Positions 15,574-24,870 of a DNA stretch of 28,991 bases are shown here, in pieces. The position numbers and the translations under genes are program-made. The stretch comes from Vermamoeba vermiformis (lineage: Eukaryota): NCBI GenBank assembly GCA_045837725.1, contig JBEWZL010000309.1, forward strand, positions 62,001 to 90,991. The letters run 5' to 3'. Every line of letters begins with the position of its first letter. Position 1 is the first letter of the stretch. Under the pieces are notes generated by a model. It saw only the letters and a list, made by a program, of their open reading frames with translations, did no database searches and was not told where the DNA came from.

Positions 15574-15620
15574 TGTGAAATTGGAGCTAACGTTTATAGA
15601 AATTTTTCTTCTTTCTTTTT

Positions 15621-17093
15621 ATGTTTTTTAATTCTATTACCTTTAAAGACTCGGCTACCCCCTTCGCTGAAGCTTTAGTTGAGTTACATCATGAAATTAT
15701 GTTTTATTTAGTTGTAATTGTTAGTGTTGTTATATTTATACTTATTAATGCTATAAATATAACTCGTGTTAGGGAGTCTTACTTTTATGTTAATATTTTT
15801 AGTAGCGTGGGGTTTTTAAAAGCCGCGCTTTTGAATACCATTTTTTTTCCAGCTTTTAATAAGTTTCTTTATTCTTCGTATTATTCTAGATTTTACTCGT
15901 GGATAATAAATACTTTAACTGATCTAGTTTACATTATCGCTACGAAAGGTTCCTCTTATCTTACTTATTTATTAAGGTTAATAATGTTTGTTAAATCTTT
16001 GTCTTTAAATTTTTTGTCAGTGTTTTCTAAACTTGAGTCTTTTGTAGCTAAACTCTTTGGTGATTATAGTAACTTAGGATACAAAAATTTGTTCCCTAAT
16101 AGTATTGTTTCTAATGGGTTCTTTTATAAAACTCGTAATTCATCTTCTTATTTAATGTATTTATCTAACATTATCTCTTATTTGTCTATAATTTCAATTT
16201 TCAACGACTTAGATTATAAAAATTTTTATAAAAATAGGGAATTCTTATTCACTCATTTCTATAATTTATCAAAAGAAAGTGCATACAAATTATCTTCTCG
16301 GTCCATTGTAAATAGCTTAGATTTAAATTCTCTAGAAAATCTTTATTCTTATAATAAAATACCTCAAATTGTAGAGCTAAGTTCTCATTTTTCAGTATTT
16401 TTTAGCTCTTTTTTAAAGAATAAATTTAATTTCAGCAATTCATTATATGTAAGTTCTTTTAATAGACTTTCTCCAGTTGATGTTGCAACCCCTCGTTCGC
16501 TTTATTCTTTTATAAATGCTCAATCTTATACTGTTCACAACACTAAGTTAGAGATTATATGAACCATTATTCCTACAATTATATTAATTTTTATTGCTGT
16601 TCCCTCATTTATATTGCTTTATTCTTTAGATGAAGTCATTAATCCGTCAATCACTTTAAAAGCAATTGGACATCAATGGTATTGATCGTACGAATACTCT
16701 GACTATACTGAAGAAAACTCGATAAATTTTGATAGTTACATGATTACAGAAAATGATTTGGAGTTAGGGCAGTTTAGATTACTTGAAGTAGATAATAGGG
16801 TAGTGCTTCCTATTAATACTCATATTAGGGTATTGATAACAGCGGGTGATGTTCTTCATTCTTGAGCTGTTCCTTCGATGAATGTTAAAGCTGATGCTGT
16901 ACCTGGTAGGTTGAATCAGTTAACTCTTTTTATTAAACGACCTGGGGTTTATTATGGTCAGTGTAGTGAGTTGTGTGGTGTTAATCATGCATTTATGCCT
17001 ATTGTTATTGAAGCTGTCTCTCTTTGAAATTACTCAAATTGATTATCTAGTCGTTTTTCAGAAGCGGGCGTCGAATTTGAGTTAGCTAACTAA
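15621..17093 (+). CDS. cox2: Cytochrome c oxidase subunit 2 (490 aa) with a large in-frame insertion between TM1 and TM2
   Basis: FKDSATP...[62 protein letters not shown] 17091-17093. Confidence 0.95.
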
Positions 17094-17114
17094 ATTACGT
17101 TTTTTTTATTTGAT

Positions 17115-18569
17115 ATGCTGTTCCAGCTTTTTTTTAAAATTTTATTTTTTATTCCCTTATTGAATATTTTTTATCTGTTTTTTTTTAATTTTTATAATCG
17201 TTTGATTACATTGTTCTTAACTTTATTTTCTTTTTTTCTTACTATATTGTTAATAATTCTTTTTAATTACTCAAGTTTTGATTCTCAATTTAAATTGGAT
17301 TTTTTTCATTCGACCTTTTTTAACGTTGATTATTCATTGTCCTTGGATGGCCTTTCCATGCTTTTTGTTTTTTTAACAAACTTATTAATTTTTTTGTGTA
17401 CTCTCTTAAATTGATCTTCTGCTTATAAACTAAGGGAGTTTCTTATATGTCTTATTTTTGTTCAATTCTTTTTATTAAATGTTTTTTGTGTTGGGGATTT
17501 GATTTTATTCTATATATTTTTTGAAGCAATTTTAATGCCTTTATTTTTAATGATTGGTATTTGAGGTTCGCGAGAACGTAAAGTGTGGGCTGCTTATCAA
17601 TTTTTTTTATATACTTTATTTGGTTCTGTTTTTATGCTTATCGCTATCATTTTTGTTTATTTGCATGTAGGTTTTACCGATTTTTATACTTTGAGTTACG
17701 TTAGCTTTAGTTTAAATCGTCAGTTTATCTTATGGGTGTTATTTTTTTTTGGTTTTGCTATAAAAGTTCCAATGTTTCCCGTGCATATATGGCTTCCTGA
17801 GGCTCATGTTGAGGCTCCAACTGCCGGTTCTGTTCTTTTGGCGGGGGTTCTTTTAAAATTGGGGACTTATGGCGTTTTAAGGTTTTTAATTCCACTTTTC
17901 CCAGTTGCTTCTATGTATTTTGCTCCACTTGTTTTTGTATTTTCATTATTAGGGGTTTGTTATGCTTCTCTCGCTACTTTAGTTCAGGTTGATTTGAAAA
18001 AAATTGTTGCTTATTCTTCTGTTGCCCATATGAGTTTTGTTGTTTTAGGGTTATTTGGTTTTAATATTCAAGCTATTTCGGGTAGCATCTTTTTAATGTT
18101 GAGTCATGGTTTAGTTTCTGGTGGTCTCTTTTTTTTAGTTGGTTTTATATATGAAAGATATAAAACTCGTCTTTTACCTTATTATGGTGGTTTAGTTACT
18201 TTAATGCCAATATATTCTTTTTTCTTTCTTTCTTTTTCATTGGCTAATATGGCATTACCAGGTACAAGTAGTTTTATAGGTGAGTTTTTAATAATGTTAG
18301 GTTTGTTTTCTTTTAATTCTGTTGCGGTTTTAATAGGTTCTTTAGGAATGGTTTTTAGTGCCGGTTATTCTTTATGATTATATAATAGATTGTTAACCGG
18401 TTCTTTGAAATCTTTGTTTATAAAGTTTTATTCTGATGTAACTTTTCGTGAATTTACTATAATGTTTATTCTTTTCTTTTTCGTTATTTTTACTGGTTTT
18501 TATCCATCTCTATTCTTAGACATAATGTCTCCTTATGCGTACATGTTTTATGAGCATATTTTATTTTAA
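17115..18569 (+). CDS. nad4: NADH dehydrogenase subunit 4 (484 aa)
   Basis: LDGLS, IGIWGSRERK, HIWLPEAHVEAPTAGSVLLAG, DLKKIVAYSSVAHM, LPGTSSFIGE; TAA 18567-18569. Confidence 0.97.
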
Positions 18570-18576
18570 ATTTATT

Positions 18577-20061
18577 ATGTTTTACGGTAATTTATTTTCT
18601 TCTGATTTGATTTTATTATCTCCGGGTTTATTTTTAATTTTTACTCTTTTGATAATTGTTCTTTATTCTGTTTTTGTTTCTAAAAGCTTATTTTCTCAAT
18701 TTCTTGTTGAAGACATTACTTTAAAAGTTGCGTTTTGTATATCCTTGTTTGTGTTTCTTTTATTGAATCAAATTTCTTTAGATTGAAAATCTTTTAATTT
18801 TTACTTTTCTTGAGATCTAATTTCTAATGTTTCTTTGATAGTTGTATCTCTTTTATTAATTATGGTTTTTATAAGTTCTTATACTTATTTTAAATATGAG
18901 GAAGTTTTTACTTTTGAGTTCGCCATTTTGGCATATTTTTATTTTATTGGTGTTTATTTGTTATTCTTATCTAATGATTTTTTTTCTCTTTACTTGGGTG
19001 TAGAATTGCAAAGTTTTGTATTATATGTCCTTTGCGCGTATAAGAGAGATGCTTTTTCGTCTGAGGCGGGTTTAAAATATTTTGTTTTAGGTGCTTTTTC
19101 TTCGGGTATTTTATTATTTGGTGTGTCTCTTATGTACGGTTTTAGTGGTAGTACTAATTTTGATGATATTTATTCCTTATTTTATCTATACTCTGAAGTT
19201 TTATCTTCTAATGTGGGTTTTTTGGTGGGTTTTATTTTTTTTTCTGTTGGCTTTTTGTTTAAACTAGGTGTGTTCCCATTTCATATGTGAGTTCCCGATG
19301 TTTATGAGGGTTCTCCGACTATAGTAACGACCATATTAGCGGCGGTTTCAAAATTTGTTATAGCTGTTGCTTTTATAAAAATATACATGTATGTTTTTTT
19401 TTCTTTTTCTTTCTATTGATTTCGTATTTTTTTAATTTTAGGTTTGCTTTCAGTTGTTTTTGCTAGTATTGCTGCACTTTATCAAGATAAGATAAAGCGA
19501 CTTTTAGCCTACAGTGGTATAGCTCATATGGGGTACGTAATGCTGGCTATTTCATCTAACAGTATTGAAGGTTTTTTTGCTGCTTACTACTATCTTTTAG
19601 TTTATTCATTTACAGGGCTCGCTATTTTTATTATTCTTTTATCTGTTCGTAAATATACTAATTATTTAAAAATTAAAAGTTTATCAGATTTTTCAAGCTT
19701 ATTTAGAAATAACCCAGTTATTGCTATTTCTTTTTCTATTTTTATGTTCTCTTTAGCTGGAATACCTCCGTTAGCTGGTTTTTTTAGTAAATTATTTGTA
19801 TTTTTGTCTCTTATAAAAGTTGGAAGTTATTTAGCTTCAATTATAGTCATTGTTACTAGTGTTGTTAGTGCTGTTTATTATTTGTGAATTATAAAAATTG
19901 TATTTTTTAAGGATTACGAAGTTAAGACGTATTATTTGCCTATAAACTTAGTTCAATCAAATATTATTATTTCTATTTTAATTTTAAATATATTTATAAT
20001 GGTGTTTCAGAATGCTGTGTCCGTTTGACTGATAAATTTGATATTTTCTTGGTATTTTTAA
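18577..20061 (+). CDS. nad2: NADH dehydrogenase subunit 2 (494 aa)
   Basis: [65 protein letters not shown]. Start placed at ATG 18577, just after the nad4 stop. Confidence 0.95.
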
Positions 20062-20062
20062 T

Positions 20063-20317
20063 ATGCCTTCTAGTAAAATCATTATTCGATTTGAGCGAGT
20101 AGGGAGATACAAGGCCCCTCTTTATAATGTAGTTGTGACTAAAGGTAACAAAAAACAGCATACAAAATTTTACTCAAAAATTGGGTTATATTTGCCTCTT
20201 TATAGTAGCAGATTTTTTTTTATTAATCTAAAAGATCTAGGTTTTTGACTATCTCACGGTGCTAAAGTTCGGGGCCGTTTATCAAAATTATTACTGAATT
20301 TATTAAAATTTAATTAA
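20063..20317 (+). CDS. rps16: Ribosomal protein S16 (84 aa)
   Basis: IIRFERVGRYKAPLYNVVV...KIGLYLP...FWLSHGAK matches the S16 pattern IRL.R.G.K..P.Y.IVV...G.Y.P...WL..GA. Confidence 0.85.
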
Positions 20318-20318
20318 T

Positions 20319-20627
20319 ATGCTTTTAGATTTTCCTAAAACCCTTCCAGGTGATGTTTTAGATGTAAAAATTTTTATAAACGGTTTCGCTAAATATTTTA
20401 AAGGTTTGTGTATTTCCGTAAGAGGCCGTTCTTTGGTTAATCGCAATTCGGGTTTGACTGTGAGGAATTATTTACACAAAAATGGTATGGAATTTTGTTT
20501 TTTTCTTCATTTAAATATTATTTTGAGCTTTAATTTGTATGACTATCAAAGAAAACGGTTTGCTTACCGTGCGTCGAAGCTGTTTTATCTACGTAATAAA
20601 CTTAATCGTGAAAGTCTAGTTTTTTAG
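20319..20627 (+). CDS. rpl19: Ribosomal protein L19 (102 aa)
   Basis: PGDVLDV...FKGLCIS...LTVRN...GMEFCF...RASKLFYLR matches the L19 pattern GD.v.V...F.G.vI...FTVR...GVE..F...RAKLYYLR. Confidence 0.88.
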   Translation: MLLDFPKTLPGDVLDVKIFINGFAKYFKGLCISVRGRSLVNRNSGLTVRNYLHKNGMEFCFFLHLNIILSFNLYDYQRKRFAYRASKLFYLRNKLNRESLVF

Positions 20628-20628
20628 T

Positions 20629-22647
20629 ATGTCTTCCTTTATTAATTTTTGAGTTGATGATATTTATACTTCAGTTCCCAAAACTTTTACTGTTTTGCAG
20701 GCATGTAGTGCGGCGGGGGTTGAAGTTCCGAGATTTTGTTATCATGAAAAGCTTTCTATAGCAGGTAATTGTAGGATGTGTTTGGTTGAAGTAAGTAATA
20801 GTAAAAAACTTGTTGCCTCGTGCGCTGTTCCTGTATCAGAAGGTTTAAAAATTTATACCAATAATTTAAGGGTTAAAAAAGCAAGGGAAAGTGTTTTGGA
20901 ATTCTTGCTTGCCAATCACCCTCTTGATTGCCCAATTTGTGATCAGGGTGGTGAATGTGACTTGCAGGATATAACTGTAGCGTTCGGTTCTGATCGTGGT
21001 CGGTTTTATGAGATAGAAAAACGTGCTGTTGAGGACAAATATTGTGGGCCTCTAATAAAAACTGTCATGACTAGGTGTATTCATTGCACTAGATGCATAC
21101 GGTTTATCTCAGAAGTGTCGGGCTATCCAGATATGGGTACTACTGGTAGAGGTACTAGAATGGAGGTTGGAACGTATATTACTCGGGCTTTGATGGATGA
21201 GCTTTCTTCTAATATAATCGACCTTTGTCCTGTTGGTGCTTTAACATCTAAACCTTATTCTTTTACTAGTCGACCCTGGGAACTAAATAGTATTGAGTCG
21301 GTTGACGTTTTTGATACTCTTTGTAGTAATATCCGTTTAAGTGTTTATGGTAATAAGGTTAAACGTATTTTACCTCGAATTAACGAACAACTAAATGAGG
21401 ATTGGCTATCTAATAAAACACGTTATATATATGATAGTTTCGACTTACAAAGGATATCTACCCCTTTATTAAACTTATCCAGTTTCGCTTCTTTATTAAC
21501 GGGGTACCATAACGTGAAATTGTGAATCTCTGTTTCTTGAAAACAAATTTTGTTGGTTTGCTTGCATTTTTTAAATACTTATAGAATTAACTTTACATTT
21601 GGCCCTCATTTAGATTTGGAAACTATTTGTTCTTTTAAACATAATTTTTCTTTGTTAGGTATTTTAAACTGTCGTGCTTATAATCATGATTATTCTTCAT
21701 CTTATTTTTCTTCGATACGTGTTAAGGATGTTGAAGCTTATTCCTCTTTTTTGTCCGTTAATATTTATTTAAGAAATGAGATCCCTCTTTTAAATACTCG
21801 TGTTAGAAAGAGTAATAACTATTATATGTCATCTTTTAAGTTTTTTTGTGCAGGTGTGGGTACTAATTATTTTACTTACCCTGTTATGCTTGTTTCTAAT
21901 AATGTTAATTCGTTGAATAGAGTTTTAATAGGGAAAAGTTACCTAAGTAAAACTTTAATGAAATTAAAAAATCGTTTTGTAGTATTTTATAAACAAGATT
22001 ATTTTTATCTTTTTAGCAAATTTTTTAAGTTGTTCTTTAGTCCTGCTTTTATAAAAATCGATAATTCGTTATCAGACCTTATGCTTTCTCATTTGGGGTT
22101 AAAAAATCAGTTTTTTGTAAAACACGGCTATGAGGCAAATTGTTTTTATTCCATTGGGCTTGATACTAGTTTGGAGTATTCACCTTTAATATATCAAGGC
22201 CACCATGGCAACAATGTAACTGTTGATTCGCTTATTATAATGCCGGTGCCTGTGTTTAGTGAGAAATCTTCTCATTTTTTAAATTTAGAGGGTTTAACAC
22301 AGAAATCACATGCTGCGGTATCTCATGATAAATTAGTTAGAAAAGATTGGGAGATATTTATGGCCTTAATAGAGTTTAATTCTCTATTGAATTTAAACTC
22401 TATTAAGCCTGATTACATTACAAGTATATTTTATAATTATAGTATAAAACTCCCAAATTTTTTTCCTTTTTGGGTTGAGAATACTAATTATTTTGGCCCT
22501 AACGTTACTATTGGGGGTTTCTTGAAAAATTCTTTGTTTTCGATTAGGGTATTAAATTATTATTGAAATGACTTACTTTCCTATAATTCAAAAATTATGT
22601 CTAAATGTGCTTCTATAATTAATATTAATAATGTTTCGTATAAATAA
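20629..22647 (+). CDS. nad11: NADH dehydrogenase subunit 11 (75-kDa/NuoG homolog, 672 aa)
   Basis: [65 protein letters not shown], and a C-terminal NYYWND...SKIMSKC. Confidence 0.95.
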
Positions 22648-22648
22648 T

Positions 22649-23641
22649 ATGTTATTAGAATTAACAGAATTCCTTCTCCAGTCTCTTGGATTAATAGTTC
22701 CTGTATTGCTTTCCGTCGCGTTTTTTACGCTTTTAGAAAGAAAAGCTATGGCTTCTATGCAGCGACGTAAAGGACCCAATGTTGTTGGTTTTTTTGGATT
22801 TTTACAACCTTTTGCTGATGCGTTAAAACTTATTGTAAAGGAGCCTGTAATACCTAAAACGTCTAATTATAATCTTTTTATAATAGCCCCTATTCTTGCC
22901 TTAGTTTTATCACTAGCAAGTTATGTTGTTATTCCAATTGATAAAGTAAAAGTATTGGCTGATATAAATGTTGGTGTTATGTATCTTTTAGCTATTTCAT
23001 CTTTGAATGTTTATTCTGTCATTATTGCCGGTTGAGCGAGTAATTCCCGATATGCTTTTTTAGGCGCTCTTCGTTCTGCTGCTCAGATGATATCTTATGA
23101 AGTTTCTATAGGTATAATCATTATGACAGTAGTTATGTGCGCAGGTTCATTAAATTTATCAACAATCGTGTATGCACAAGAAGAGTGTTGATATATTATT
23201 CCTTTATTTCCTTCTTTTATTTTATTTTTTATTTCAGTTTTAGCGGAGACTAATAGAGCTCCTTTTGATTTAGTCGAAGCAGAGGGTGAACTGGTTGCAG
23301 GTTACTATGTTGAGTATTCCGGTATTCTTTTTGTACTTTTTTTTATTGCTGAGTACGCTAATATGATACTTATGAGCATTCTTTCTGTTATAATGTTTCT
23401 AGGTGGTTGGTATACCCCATTTGAATGACTTTCTGTGGAGCAGTCTGCTTTTTTTTTTTCTTTAAAAATTTTTTTTATAATGTTTTTATTTGTATGGGTT
23501 CGAGCTAGCGTTCCGCGTTTACGTTATGATCAGCTTATGTCGTTTGGTTGGAAAGTTATTTTACCATTGTCACTCGGCTGATTTTTTTTCACTGCTAGTA
23601 TTTTATATTTTCTAGATGGTTTTCCACCTTTTGATTTTTAG
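22649..23641 (+). CDS. nad1: NADH dehydrogenase subunit 1 (330 aa)
   Basis: [65 protein letters not shown] 23639-23641. Confidence 0.97.
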
Positions 23642-23642
23642 T

Positions 23643-24056
23643 ATGTTTTACTTGGGGTTTAGTGATTGTGCTTCCTCAGAGTTGTGTTTTTTGGTTTGCT
23701 TTTCATTTATGTTTTACTATTTTCATGCAAAAAAAAATTATGTTTATAGGTTTTTGGGGGGTAGACCTTTATCGTCTCTGGCAGAGTTAATTAGCGAAAA
23801 TTTTGCTTTTGACGAGTCCTTTAGTCGTGAAACTTTTTTTTCTGAGTATGGTGATCTTATTGAGTACTCTGCTTTGTATGAGGCTTGGTTTTATGAGCCC
23901 GATGCTATTGAGGAAGCGGTAGAGCAGATTGAAAATACGATAAGAAGAGATGATTCTAGAAAAGAACTTCAAAAATTTATTCAAAATGAAGTTACTGAAA
24001 GATGATTTATGGTTTATAGGAAATATTATGATCCTAAGTATATGTGGTATTCTTAA
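23643..24056 (+). CDS. orf137; possible divergent ATP synthase subunit b (atp4)
   Basis: Fills the nad1-nad4L gap exactly, with stop-T-ATG junctions at both ends. N-terminal [17 protein letters not shown] followed by an acidic, probably helical tail. Confidence 0.75.
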
Positions 24057-24057
24057 T

Positions 24058-24354
24058 ATGTTAGGTTACTTGTTATTATCGGCTGTGCTTTTAATCTTGG
24101 GTGTCTTTGGTGTTTTTCTTACCCGTAGACATTTAATTTTAATCTTAATTTCAATAGAGTTAATTTTACTTTCAGTAAATCTAAATTTCGTTGTTTTTTC
24201 GGTTTATTTGGATGATATAGTTGGTCAAGTATTTTCTTTGTTTGTATTAATGGTTGCTGCTGCGGAGTCTTCCATTGGTCTTGCTATTTTAGTTGTTTAT
24301 TATCGTTTATTCGGTACGATTTCGGTTGATTTTATAAACTTGCTTAAAAGCTAA
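24058..24354 (+). CDS. nad4L: NADH dehydrogenase subunit 4L (98 aa)
   Basis: [15 protein letters not shown]...[28 protein letters not shown]. Confidence 0.96.
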   Translation: MLGYLLLSAVLLILGVFGVFLTRRHLILILISIELILLSVNLNFVVFSVYLDDIVGQVFSLFVLMVAAAESSIGLAILVVYYRLFGTISVDFINLLKS

Positions 24355-24444
24355 TTTATGCGTATTCGGAGGAGTTAAGATAAACGATATAAAATTTATA
24401 ATTTAACAAATAAAGACAAAGATGTATTAAAGTTTAGTTTATAA

Positions 24445-24518
24445 GAGCCCGTAGTTTAAATGGTTAAAATTCGCCGCTCATAACGGTTGCGATGAAGGTT
24501 CAAATCCTTCCGGGCTTA
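24445..24518 (+). tRNA. trnI: tRNA(CAU), probably Ile, copy 2 (identical to 15500-15573)
   Basis: Sequence identical to copy 1. Confidence 0.8.
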
Positions 24519-24519
24519 T

Positions 24520-24600
24520 GTGGGTATGGTGAAACTGGTAAACACACTATTTTTAGAAAGTAGCGCCTAAAGCTTGTGGGTTCAACTCCCACTACCCACA
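24520..24600 (+). tRNA. trnL: tRNA-Leu(UAG)
   Basis: Acceptor GTGGGTA/TACCCAC; anticodon arm ctatt-tt-tag-aa-agtag; extended variable arm. Confidence 0.93.
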
Positions 24601-24610
24601 TCATGATTAA

Positions 24611-24693
24611 GAGGGGGTGGCCGAGTGGTCAAAGGCGGTAGACTGTAAATCTACTAACTCCGGTTTTCGCGGGTTCGAATCCCGCCCTCCTCA
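24611..24693 (+). tRNA. trnY: tRNA-Tyr(GUA)
   Basis: Acceptor GAGGGGG/CCTCCTC; anticodon arm gtaga-ct-gta-aa-tctac; long variable arm. Confidence 0.95.
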
Positions 24694-24708
24694 ATAGATA
24701 TATAGATA

Positions 24709-24796
24709 GGGCAGATGGCTGAGTGGTTTAAAGCGCTATTCTTGAAAATTAGTTCAGGCCAAAAACCTGACACGGGTTCAAATCCCGTTCTGCCCT
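24709..24796 (+). tRNA. trnS: tRNA-Ser(UGA)
   Basis: Acceptor GGGCAGA/TCTGCCC; anticodon loop ct-tga-aa; variable arm tcagg...cctga. Confidence 0.93.
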
Positions 24797-24797
24797 T

Positions 24798-24870
24798 GCA
24801 TCTATAGCTTAATTGGTAGAGCAACACTCTTCGAAAGTGGAGGTTCCATGTTCAAGTCGTGGTAGGTGCG
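24798..24870 (+). tRNA. trnR: tRNA-Arg(UCG)
   Basis: Acceptor GCATCTA/TAGGTGC; anticodon arm cact-ct-tcg-aa-agtg; T-arm ccatg-ttcaagt-cgtgg. Confidence 0.9.

Noticed and set aside
15756-16535. Group I/II intron or homing endonuclease in cox2
   Set aside because: No LAGLIDADG, GIY-YIG or RT motifs and no domain V-like structure seen; the frame is fully open. Not formally excluded without cDNA.
18535-18576. Upstream starts given by the ORF track for nad2 (18535), nad1 (22631), orf137 (23616) and nad4L (23950)
   Set aside because: They overlap upstream genes and add non-homologous residues; downstream ATGs match homolog lengths and the junction pattern.
20629-22647. Split nad11
   Set aside because: The apparent break at 21523-21549 consists of TGA codons only; it is one 672-aa frame with a divergent C-terminal half.
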